From positions 1,759,494 to 1,823,493 of the forward strand of contig RDEW01000003.1 in assembly GCA_011109175.1 (NCBI GenBank): 64,000 nt of DNA. The letters are read 5' to 3'. The notes under the pieces are model-generated. The model was not told where the DNA came from. It saw only the letters and a list, made by a program, of their open reading frames with translations, and did no database searches. Position 1 is the first letter of the stretch; each line of letters opens with the position of its first letter. Origin of the DNA: Dicyema japonicum (Eukaryota > Animalia > Dicyemida). Shown piece by piece: positions 24,001-35,839 of this stretch. The position numbers and the translations under genes were made by a program.

Positions 24001-24217
24001 TCATTCCTTGGTTCTACGATTAGTTAAAATTAACTGTTCTTTACTTAAATAAAGTGTCCTACCTATGCGGAGATATAAATATTATGGCTCTTGTGAAAAA
24101 GCTGTTATATGTTGCAGATTTACCTAATGAGAAATTTCAAGTTGATCTGATCTTAAAAGGTATAGATCATTAGTAGGGCAACCAGATAATTGCAATTTTC
24201 AAAATAAAAATTGCAAA

Positions 24218-25011
24218 GGCGTCCGTCTTCATTGTGGAAGACTCCCCGGGCAGAGATTTTAGCAGCAAGCCTTCGAAAGTATGTACCGATTGCAATTGGG
24301 CGGACATCTCCATCTCCTTTTCGGAATGCCAATAGATGTCCACAAAAAAAGATCTCTAGCAAATTTTGGAATATCACCATTAACTATTCGAGTAAGCAGC
24401 AAGGTGATAGACGTTAACAAGGCACGGCCGGCTTCAGCAGTAGCTTCAGAGATTAAGTCCTTTATATGGCTTGGGCGCAGTCCGTCCAGGCCTCCGCAGC
24501 TACTGGGTGCAAAAGACTTTATTCCACGCACTACTTCAAATTCCATGGGAGTAAATGCCGGGAGGTCTTCTGGCATTGTCAAGTTTTGCTGGTTCGGTGG
24601 TGGAGCAGGGTGCTTCCTTCTCAATAACTCCAAGACATCAGGGCTTCAACAGCGCTTCGTCACAAGACACTACTCTTACAGCTGCGCAAACGTCCCCTTC
24701 CATCAGTTTTCGGTTCACTCTCTCTCTCGAAATGCTTTAGAATCTTCCTGTTTACTCCCAGCTTTTGTAGACAACTGTTTGCACCGAAGTACTTATCAGG
24801 CTCGATTCCAGAGTCTTGCTGCTTTTGCTGTGGAAACAACTGGATCTGTAAGCGCGAAGACGGACGCCTTTCTCCACAGCATTGGAAGCAAACTCGCTTC
24901 AAAAAGGTGCGAGCCATGGGAGGGACTCTGGTAACGCCTTCGCCATTCTGTCATCCTATTATTGTCTAAATCATTTATTTGTTAAATAAAACGTGAATAT
25001 TAAAAAAAAAA
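24218..25011. mobile_element. CRE-like insertion with 5' inversion
   Basis: Minus strand 24230-24640 encodes the RT start (SCGGLDGLRPSHIKDL, GDVRPIAIG). Plus strand 24640-25011 encodes the RLE C-terminus and ends in poly(A). TTGCAAA flanks both sides. Confidence 0.8.
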
Positions 25012-25279
25012 GTTGCAAATAAAAATTTTTTAATTGTAAAAAATAGCAGTATGGAAAAATAAACGAAATTATTTATTGTAATACGGAATTAAATATTCCT
25101 GAACATTTTCAGGTTTAAAGTTCGATCTTTAGTAATACTTTTCGTCTAAAAAGAGATATCAACCCTTTCAACTGAGGCTGAGCTTCCGCAACAATTTCGA
25201 TGGAATGAGTAAATTTCTGGTGAAAGATTTTTATTTGAGAAATCAAGAATACCAGATTTTTGAAGCTTTTTTTGATATA

Positions 25280-26190
25280 TAATTTTTTTGCAATTTTTTA
25301 AATTGCACCGATCTGATGAAAATTCTGATCTGTTCAGATCTGTATCTTGTGAAGGTATTCTTGTAGTCTTTCTGATGCCTTTAGGATATCTTGATCGCGG
25401 GATCCGATTAATAGGTCATCAGCATATGATAGGAGGAAATCGTCTTTATTATCGGGTTGTGGTAAATCGGACATGTATAAGTAAAATAAGGGTGATAAAG
25501 TGGAATCTTATGGGACACCATTGGGTAGTAATCTTGAAACTGATTTGATCCCATCCATGTATAACCGGGACCTTCTTTTATTGATGAAGTTAGCAAGCCA
25601 AAGATTTATATTGGGGTTGACGAGGAAGGCAAACAATTTCCGGGTAAGGATTTTCCTTGAGACAGAGTCGAAGGCTTTTTGTAAATCGATCAAGCAAAGG
25701 ACTGTTTTGAGGTGACGAGGATTTTTGTTAAAACATTCAATGATAAATTGGTTGAGGGAAGTTAGGTGGGTAGAATTTGAATAACCCCTTTTGAATCTAT
25801 GTTATGAGGATGAAAAAGGAAGGGACGGGATTATAAAAATAAGAATCAATTTTTCCAATAATTTTGAGTGCATAGTAAAGAGATTGGTCGAAATGATGCA
25901 GGATTGTCCTTAGGCTTCCCAGGCTATAGGATTGGGCGTATATAGGACAGTTTCCAAATAGTTGGGAATTGTATTCATGTTTATTGAATAGTTGAAAATC
26001 ACTGTGATTGCATCAATCGCAATAGGTCCAAGGTGTTTTAGTAAGATAACAGAGATAGAATCAGTCCCACGTGAGAGGGAAGAATTCATCCTCTTCAAAC
26101 CCTCACTGAGATCTGAATTTGAGATAAAGTTAATCGGCTGGGTTCTCTTTGGTGTCATTGAGGATAAATAAGGACCATCCAAATTTCCTG
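25280..26190 (-). mobile_element. Vingi-like RT fragment
   Basis: SRGTDSISVILLK, IDLQKAFDSVSRK, PNGVP and SYADD motifs; frameshifted. Confidence 0.8.
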
Positions 26191-26255
26191 AAAGTTTTGT
26201 GGCTTATAGTATGTTTTGACTATGTTTTGTTCTTCCCTTATGGTAATGGTTGGCA

Positions 26256-27260
26256 TTTTTTTAATTTATTTAACCCAAGACCACGGTAAAACCAAACTAA
26301 TAATCACGTGATCCCGATGGATTCTAACAGAGACCTCATCTTTGCCCAATGTTCTTCCTTCATGCCCGCGCATGAACGTACAGGAATTTTCAGGGCCACC
26401 TTCCGTGATCTGGAGTCTAGTCTCATAAGGGCCTCCAGAGGCGTAGGTCCGGTTCGGTGATCATCACAAATCCAACGTTCAGTTACTCTGTAAGCCCTCT
26501 TTTGCATTTTCTCAATTTTCCTCATATTTGTCCAAGATATGGACGGTCCCCACGAGGCGCATGTACTGTCTTTACATGTTCATCAGGACCGGGGGAGTAC
26601 CAATCTTCCATATTCCTGATAAATTTTTTAATACATTCTGTTTCTTCTCGCATTTCAATAGAATGCTATTTACGTGTGGTGTCATATCAAGTGTCACATC
26701 CAAGATTCCCTCAAAGGGATGTCGACCTTGTTTAACTTAAAAATGACTTTTTTCCTTCCCAATTTTTGTCCGAAATAAATGGGACGTGGAGGACTTTTCT
26801 TCATTCACCATGAGCCGGTTTTCCATTATCCAGTCGTTTAGCCAGTCCAGGTAATTTGTAATCTTCCTGTGGCCTTCTGGATGTCCCGATCTTGAGAGAC
26901 CAAGACAATATCATCCGCATAAGAAAGTAGAACGTCGTTATCAGATTTCAGAGTAGGGAGATCGGTTAAAGAAGGTTAAACATAGCAGATGATAAAGGAA
27001 ATCTTTGAAAGACTCCGTAGGGGAGGAGACGTGAGATGGATTTCAATCCTCCGAGGATACAAGTCCCCTTCGTCTGATTAGGAAGTTAGTGATCCAAAGC
27101 TTGAGCTTCCCTGAGATCTCTGATTGAAATGCTTAGTATCTTCCTCGAGACTGAGTCAAAAGCTTTATGTATGTCAATCGAGCAGAGCACTGTTTTAAAG
27201 TGTCTCGGCTTAGTTATGAATCCGACTCAATATTTGTACGTAGCCGGAATGTTGTCTAGT
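26256..27260 (-). mobile_element. 5'-truncated Vingi-like LINE (third subfamily)
   Basis: RT C-half, C-terminus LRSLLESIGIT*, 3' UTR ttggttttaccgtggtcttgggtt and A tail. Confidence 0.85.
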
Positions 27261-27427
27261 CCGTGAGAGTACAAAGACTTTCAATTCACCTACCAAAGAA
27301 AGCCTTACTAAATCTTAACGGTTTCAATAATTATTACCATCAGGATCACAAAGAGAAATAGTTTCAATAAAGAAATTTAATAGAATATGTTAGTATAACC
27401 AGAAAAGTAAGTCTAGTAAAAATAAAT

Positions 27428-29364
27428 CTAATCAGAATCCTTTATATCAATTAATTTCGAAAAATCTAAGAATAACATCGATATCTGTTTAAGTATTGAT
27501 GTAGCAGAATCCAATGCTTCTTTACTTTTGATCATATTATTAATTACACCGCGATATGACTTCATTTCTAATATTTATTTTATTAAAACAAACTGCATGC
27601 AAGATCATTAATATAGTCTATCAATTTTTGTGACTTTTTGCAAGTTAAATGATTAAATTCTTCCAGAACGGCCAAATAGCAGCTTAATCGTTGATACGCA
27701 TCAGAATGTAACTGGATGAACGAATAACTGTCATTGGTGCATGAAGAGATGGTCTCGGCCTTCATATTCAGTATATCACCTAAATAATAAAAAATGGCAA
27801 AACCGCAAATATTAAAAAACACATGTATATCAACAACTTTTGCAGCTAAAGTGATCGAATATGAAAATTGATTCTTCCAGTGATCAATTTCATTCTCCAT
27901 ATCATCTTTGTTCCTACAATTAATTATTGAATTCATAATCTCTTCCATGGAAACAATCGACCGAAGAAGTTTGAGGGAAACTAAGGATAAATAAACCTCA
28001 AAACTTGACTTATCAGTACTGGTAATGGAAATGAAATAAAAGGCATTCAATAGAGAACGATTATATATTCTTATATCATCCACTTTAGAGGCCAATTCTT
28101 CCCACGATTCCTAAGTAATTAAAATTGTCTCAGCTAACTGTAACAACACACTGAATTAATTCTTCAATTGGATAGTGGGCCAGGTAAATACTCTCCGCTA
28201 AATTTTGACAGGCTATTTTAGATAAAGACCTCCTCAATTCCAATAATGAATCGTTCAGTATCTTCAAAGACGCTAAACTATTTAATGTTTATAACTAATC
28301 TCCACCTTATCGGTTCATTCTGATCTCCACGTGTTTTATATGGAAGAGAACAAGTAATCTGACACATTTAAAAATGGGTCAACCTCATGACATAGTTTTA
28401 AAACCTGAGCTTCAATTCACGATCAGTACATTCACTTATCATAAAAATGCTTATCGGGATAACGCGCGTAATAATCTCCCGAATTGAATCACATTTAACC
28501 ACATTGGACACACTCTCCCCCACTGAATAAATTTCATTTAGCTTCTATAAGGAAAACTGGAATACATTTTCTTCATATCTTGTCAAAATGGAGGCATTAT
28601 AAGGACAGTAATCATTATATAATTCTTAATGCTTGTACAAAAGAGCCAGTCTCCTCAAGTTTTTATAAATTTCGTCGGATATATAACCAATTTGACCCTA
28701 ATTTGCATATCCCAGGCATACAATTGAAACACTTGCATCAACCGGGTCTAGAAATTGCTTCAAATCATTCATTAATTGGTTGATGGAGCAAATAGACTTG
28801 GAAATTCTTCCAGCCTGAAATGGACAGCAGTTCACTTTGCCTCAATTTTGAATTATTGATTACTTCCGAGACTGTACTCTGAAGCTCCTGATAAACTTAC
28901 TATATCACAAACTTCTAATTCAGCACAATCGACGGATACATGTGAAAGAAAATTCCGTACTAGAGTCGAAGCTCTGGCACACTGACAAGCAAACAAGCGA
29001 CATTTGTTGTCATCAATCACTAACAGTATCTAAAATATATTCAAAAACTTTAACATGTGCTAGGGATATAACAATTTTCTTGATTGACTCAAAAAGCATG
29101 TGACTGTCCATTAAATCATGTGGGTCATCCATTCTTTCCGATAGATTATTTAAAAGACTGTCTAGAATAGTGCAAGCATCTGAAATCTCCTCTAGCATAA
29201 TCTTGGAAGTAATTAAATCCAATTACCGAATCTCCCTTTTTCTCTTTCATGGCATAGTGCGTTATTGCCTTAGCAGATTTAATAACTGAGTCGATCGGCC
29301 GCTTATCAACAGAATTTTTATTTTGATCATTAAATCCTAGTCCCTTTGTACAAAACTCGCACAT
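27428..29364 (-). CDS. Divergent alpha-catenin (vinculin family) homologue; N and M domains, C-terminal domain not found
   Basis: After removing 21-28 nt introns, segments align in order to remembered alpha-catenin motifs: MDDPHD..ILLVIDD (ADDPCS..LLILAD), RQSEL (RQQEL), DEIYKNL (DLIYKQL), ISECTDRE (DSSCTRDD), ELRRSLSKIA..YPIEELI (DLRRQLRKAV..VPLLVLI), HWKNQ..VDI..F (QWEKQ..SIDDF), FLDFSKLI (FIDASRLV). There are 2-3 apparent lesions. Confidence 0.7.
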
Positions 29365-30479
29365 CTATTAAGGATTATTAAAATATAGTTCACATAATTC
29401 TAATTATTAAAAATGCCTTAATAATAATCAAAGTCGAAAATAAAAGATAGTGGTACTCAGATAAGATCATAAATACACAAAAAGGTCATATACCGTGACA
29501 TAGATGGGATCGACGATTTTTTGCAAAATTTTGAGTTCATAGCCGCAATCCATTTGAAATAACAAGCCTATTAATTAATGTTAGTCGGAAATTAGTCATT
29601 TAAATTAATAAGGTTATTACAACTAACAACTTAAAGAAAGGTCAATTGTTTCTATTTAAAAAATATATTATATTTTTTAAATTAAATATTTTTATATTTA
29701 ATTTATATTATAATATTTTAATTACTATTTATTTTTAATTGTTTTGCTATAAAACAATTTTTAATTTAAACACTTAATAATCGAAATATAATTTTAGCTC
29801 TACTACCACCTTAAGGACGAATTCTCAATGAAACTCTCTATTATAATTTAATTAGTAGTATATAGTTCAACATTTCTCAACGAGATCCCTAACAATTTTA
29901 AAATAAATAAAATAAAAATATAAATTCGAATTTGAATTATTTCGTGTTTTTCATTTTTCTAAAATGACGTGTGTTGAGATGTTTCCATTTGACAAGGCAT
30001 TATTTTAATTTTAAATTAACCACGAAATTAGATATTTTTTGTGGACTTTTAAAAACTTTTTTTCTGTTAAATTTATTGTCTTGATATATCAGTTCTATTA
30101 GAAATCATGTAATGATTTTAAAATTCCTAGATTTCATTAGGGAATTTAAAAAAGTAGATTATTCAAGGAGAGTCACGGATTTAAAAGACCTAAAATGTTA
30201 AACAAATGTGATTTCGAGACGATTAAAGAGTTCATACTGCTTCGGTCTTGTTTATTCCTTAGAAGACTTTATAAGAATTAGTGAAAGATGTTTAATAGAA
30301 GCAACATTGTGAGCGTTGACATGAATGTCAAATGAACTTAACGTCACCATAAAAAATATATTACTTTATTAATAATTTCAAATAATCAATTCGAAGGGTC
30401 TTACGGTAACCTGACTGTGTGGTTATTCCCTCTCAGATTCTCTCAAATTATTAGCATCGCCAGTTCTTGTAGAAATCCG

Positions 30480-31100
30480 ATTCCCTAGCCGACCCAGGAA
30501 TTCAAGCGTCGAAGGCGTAGGAAGTAATTATCCCAGTCTTCAGAATTATGCGTACTAATGCCCGATCCTCATGGAAAAGCCATGAGGAGTTAGTCTTACT
30601 GCTGGAGGTCATCATCGTAAATGAGATCAAAGTCATAAATGGAGAGCTCAATTTTGATCGTTACCACTTTTGTGAGATGGAAGGAAACAGCGACTGCCAG
30701 AACAGGGAGGTGTTATTTCACAGATGTAACCCAAAGACATTATAATTACAAATCATTAAGTCACAAGTCTAAATGTATCTGGTAATTGATATCATGGAGA
30801 ATGGTTGGAGATTTTTATTCAAATCTCATGATACCTGTTTCCATGACCTCTTCATATTCTGTTCTAACCGAAATTCTACTTCGGACGTTTACAAAACAAC
30901 CAACCAAGATCAACTAAAGACTTTTTGACAGAATGGGGTTTAAACTGCAATCATCTAAATAGCCAACCAACATTCACCAAGTAATGGAGACAAACTATGA
31001 GTTTTTTCGGTTTCCCCACGTGTTCCAACACTGTGGACCATTCCACCGGATATCAGTTGTGACCCATACCATAAAGGATGAAATGAAATTATTCAAAGAC
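30480..31100 (+). mobile_element. Degenerate APE endonuclease fragment (L2/CR1-like LINE)
   Basis: RTNARSSWKSHEELVLLLE resembles an APE N-terminus; heavily decayed. Confidence 0.35.
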
Positions 31101-31301
31101 CAAGGGTGAATCCAAACTGACTAATTCTGTAATTCTCACACGTTCTAGTAGAGTTTTCATCTAGGCACAGTGATCCAGGAAGCTAAGGTCAAAGTCAGAA
31201 TTAGTCGCCAGGGAGTGAAGTAGTCTCCTGATGGAATGAAGAGATGGATCCTTTTGAATACCAGCTAGGCATTGGGGGTTGATACTAGACGAGTAAGTGG
31301 G

Positions 31302-32960
31302 TTATTATTTATTTAACACCCAAGACCACGATAAAACCAAACTAATTATCACGTGATCCCGATGCGTTCCACCAAAATCTCCATTCTTTCCCGGTGCTCC
31401 TCCCTCGTCCCCACACAAGCTCGTACTGGGCGGCTGACTGTATTTGCCACCTTCCCGCATGCCGGAGTTTAGTTTGATAAGGGCCTCCAGAGTAGTCGGT
31501 CCGGTTCTGTGTCTCCCACATGTTTACCGCTCCGTGATCCTGAAAGCCTTCTTTTGTACGTCCTCGATTTTCTTAGTATTCGTCCATGATAATGAAGGTC
31601 CCCACGAAGCACACGCGTACGAGAAGCATGGTTCAATGTATTGTCTGTAGATATTCATCAAGACCGGGTGGGTACCAATCTTCCACATTCCAGATATTTC
31701 AATACATTGATTTTTTTCTCGCACTTCTGAACAATGTTTGCCACGTGTGGTGACAAACATAAGTGCGTATCCAGTGTCACGCCCAGGATTTTCTGACATT
31801 TGCTTAACGGGATTTCAACGTTGTCCAATTTTAACCTGACAGTCATCTTCCCCAACTATCTGTCCAAAGTAAACATAGACGTGACCGACTTTCTGGAATT
31901 TATCGTGAGTCGGTTCTTCATAACCCAGGCGTTGAGTCGGTCCAGGTTAATTTGTAATCTTTCTGTAGCATTTTGGATATCCCGATCACGCGAGGCCAAA
32001 ACAATGTCGTCCGCATATGAGAGTAGAACATCGTTGTTGGATTCCGGTGTCGGGAGGTCGACCAGGTATAAATTGAATAAGCGAAGATAAAGGAGATCCT
32101 TGGGGGACAGCGCTTGGGAGAAACGCGAGACTGATTTCAGTCTCCGAGGACATACACGTCCCTCCGTCCACTTAAGAAATTTGTTATCCAAAGTTTAAGC
32201 TTCCCCGGGATCTCCGACTGGAAAATTTTCTTTAATAATATTTTTCTCGAAATAGAATCAAGAGCCTTGTTAATATCAATGAACATAAGACTGTCTTCAA
32301 ATGCCTTAGTTTGTTTGAAAATCCATCTCTAATGAAGTCGGTTAATTTCTGTAGGTACGTTGATGTAGAACAATCGCTCTTGAATCCGTGTTGAAAATCC
32401 TTTTTCTAGTAAGAAAGCCTTGATTCTCCCAAGCACAAGTCTCTCCAGGATTTTCGATACGGAACATAACAATGACACAGGTCTAAATGATGCCGGATCT
32501 CCCTTAGGTTTTCCAAGTTTCAGTATAGGTCGGATATTGGCTTGCTTCCATGACAACGGTATTACATTACAATTAATTGAATAGTTAAAATCGACGTTAG
32601 AATACCGACTCCCATATCTCCAAGGTTCTTCAATAACACTACTGGAATGTTGTCAGGACCGGCAGAGTACGTTGTTTTTGTAAAACGCAGCGCATTCTTC
32701 ACGTCTTCGTCCGAGAAGTAAACTGGGTTAGAATCCTTTTCAGTTTTTTTGCGTGAAGTGAGAAGCACTTCCGATTCCCTGTGTTCTTTGTACGAACTTT
32801 TTGTGTAGAATTTTATCAAATTGTTAACGTCTCGTTGAGTATAGTCATCCTCGGGGGAAGTTTCTTCGCCCTTTGCAACATTTCGGATGGCTTTCCACAC
32901 TTCTCCGGTACTACGGTTGCGATTTACCTTTGTAAAAATCCGCTTCTTGTTTCTTGTTTC
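31302..32960 (-). mobile_element. Vingi-like LINE, RT to 3' end
   Basis: SAGPDNIPVVLLK, FRPVSLLCSVSKILERL, SYADDIVLAS, C-terminus ERIGIT* and family 3' UTR. Confidence 0.88.
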
Positions 32961-33041
32961 GTAGAGGACTGACCAATCAATTTTTGATGAAAGCGACGAT
33001 GAGCAAAGTGTTACATCCGGTGAGGTAGGCTGATCAAGTCA

Positions 33042-33295
33042 ATTGCAAGTCAATAAGCATTATTTCAAAAAGTAGACACAATTAGTTTTTAGGTCAATGA
33101 AGCCAGAACTTTAATTTTTTGAAACCGATTTTTGGAAGTATAAATATTTTTAATCTCACCTATTTAGTATTCCCCAATCAGCTTGTCAGCTATTCATAGG
33201 ATAATGCAAATTCTAAGCCTTTGTTTTCTGACGCAGGATTTTTAGCTCTAGAAACTAGCATAGCCTTAGAATTTTAGACATATTTGTCATTATTA
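33042..33295. repeat. About 250-bp direct repeat, copy 1
   Basis: Aligns along its length to 34795-35040 with scattered substitutions and small indels. Confidence 0.9.
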
Positions 33296-33399
33296 AAGTG
33301 GAGTTATGTGGTTAACCAATTATGTAAGTGTTGGTAATGCCTAGAGGGCATCTAGTGTTCCTTCAAAGAAAACCATTAAACATTTACCTTCTAAGAAAC

Positions 33400-34780
33400 T
33401 GTCTCCCCAGCGTCACGCGCTTTCAGCCTCATCTACCCGAAATGAAATCCTAGCTTACCGCAAGAAATGGACCACGGTTCTACAACTGAACTTCGATAGA
33501 GTAAAGGGCAAAATATTGGAACTGCGCTCTCTCTTGAAGATCTTCGTGGCTTTGATTCAAGACTCGAGACTCCTTATAAACAGTCCTACCTTGATTTTCT
33601 TTGGATACAATACGTACTGACCGGAAGTAGAAGCGGGGTGATGGTCTACTCAGTTTATATCGGAAAGACCTTAAATGTGTAGACATGACTTCAGTGGCGA
33701 ATGATATCTTAGGAGACGACGACGTTACTGAAGTCAATGCAATCTCACTTGGAACGACAAATGGAAAAATTACATTTGTGAACATCCACCTGGTTCTTGC
33801 CCGAATCAGTACGCTATGCCGAATTTATCCATTAGGCTTCCTTGAACGACGTGATTATTGGTGGGGATATCAACACGAAACTCTTTTTATGGCTGGCAAG
33901 TCAACCCTCTAATGCAAAAGGAAAAGTACTACTATCGCAGACAGGACCTTTCACGGTCATGAATGACCCGTCAAAACATACGAGAACCCCCTTCAGGGAG
34001 TTATACCAACTAACTTTTCTAGACATCACGCTTTGTTCTCCCGACCTATCGACCTTTCAGTCACTTACGACTCAAAAAGTGACCATAATGCCATCCTTTT
34101 GAAGATCAAGAGAGAAAAGTTAACTAGAAGGAGGTCCGCAGAACAATTTAACTAAAAGCGCGCAGACTGGAGACTTTACCGTACACTTACTGACAATCTG
34201 ACAATCAGTGAGGATATTAAAATTTTCTAAAATTTTACAAATAAATATCCCTGGAAAGCTTAAAACCTTACTTAGCGGTTGGAGGAGACGTGTCTGCATT
34301 AGACAGTCGAAAGCTATTTCCCGACTGACTTTTAACATCCACATGTAATTCTCGCCACAAGTAAATAACGTTATAACAAAATGCGAAAAGAAGACTTATG
34401 TCTTGAAATGTCTCATTGGCCTATGGAAATACGGAATTCATCCTATTTTGACTACTATATACAAACAATACATTGAACCATGTATCTCTTACGCATGTGA
34501 TATCTGAAGCCCACTCATATCTTGGATAAATGCCTTGAAAATCGAGGCTAGCAGAAAAAGAGCTTCCAAAATCACGGAAAGCTAGATTTCTGAAGAGTTC
34601 TAGCCATCAATGCCTATTGAAGCCATGATACGAATGAACCATGGAACGCGTCGTCGTGACTGCGAAGATCAAGTCATTCGACCTATACGTGTTTGTGTGG
34701 AATCGAGAGAGGATCATCGGGCCAAGTTGAGGTCTTGCTAGAGCGTGCAGATGATTATTTAGTTTGTGTAACCATGGAAT
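33400..34780 (+). mobile_element. Internally deleted Vingi-like LINE
   Basis: An APE region (VLQLNFD, GGDINTK, SDHNAI) joins near 34380 to the post-RT region (YKQYIEPCISYAC). The RT core is absent. Confidence 0.7.
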
Positions 34781-34794
34781 GTGGTGTTATTATT

Positions 34795-35040
34795 ATTGCA
34801 AGTCAATAAGCATTATTTCAAAAAGTAGGAAATATTAGTTTTTAGGTCAATGAAGCCAGAATTTTTTATTTTTTGAAACCGATCTTTGGAAGTATGAATA
34901 TTTTAAATCTCGCCTATTTAATATTCCCCAGTCAACTTGTCGACTATTTATAGGATTCTAGAGCCTTTATTTTCGAAACAAGGATTTTTAGTTCTAAAAA
35001 TTAGCATAGTCTAAGAATTTAGACATATTTGTCATTATTA
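34795..35040. repeat. About 250-bp direct repeat, copy 2
   Basis: Homologous to 33042-33295. Confidence 0.9.
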
Positions 35041-35839
35041 GCGACATACATCTGACATATGATCCCCCAAGTTCATTCAATTTTTGACTCAACAATATCT
35101 TGGGCACTTACTACATCAGACACTTCTTTCGTTCAGAACTTCAGGTTGCGGTGTCTGTGAGCCTGTCACCTCAGCCATATTCACAAAAAGGAAATTAATT
35201 TTGAACCAGACTGGATTTGAACTCAACGATGCTTCTGTGATTAAATATAGAATTTATCATGATAAGGTAATGTTCCGAATATTAGAGGTACACCATCTCA
35301 GCCTTCATATTAATTAACCAATTGGATAACTTGTGTGGATAACGCATGTCTCACATTTTCTGACATAACTGTTGTCTAAATATCAGAAGTTATTTTAATA
35401 AGGTTGAATTCCACCGACACTGGCTATCTCTCAACTACAAGAGATTTAAGGCGCAGGACTTTTAATGCTATCTTAACGTATGTCCTGGTATATTTCAAAG
35501 CTTTCTGCACTTTCTAGGACTGACCATAGTACGTTTAATCTGGAGCTCTTTAAATTGATTTGAGTCCTTAAAATATTAGCAATCACGAGAGGCAAGTTTT
35601 TGTCTTGTATCACGAGTCTGGGACACCTGGACACACTATGATGCCATGACATCTGTGAAACCCCTTGGTTCCTCCAGTTGATATCGATTGCTACCGTAAG
35701 AGAGAATATAAATAATTAAATATAATGAAGATAGTAATTTGTTTTTATTGAGTTATATATTATTTTTATTAATTAATATAATTTTATTTATAATATGGTT
35801 AACTAATATTAATATTCTAATAAAATTGAATTAATTAAG

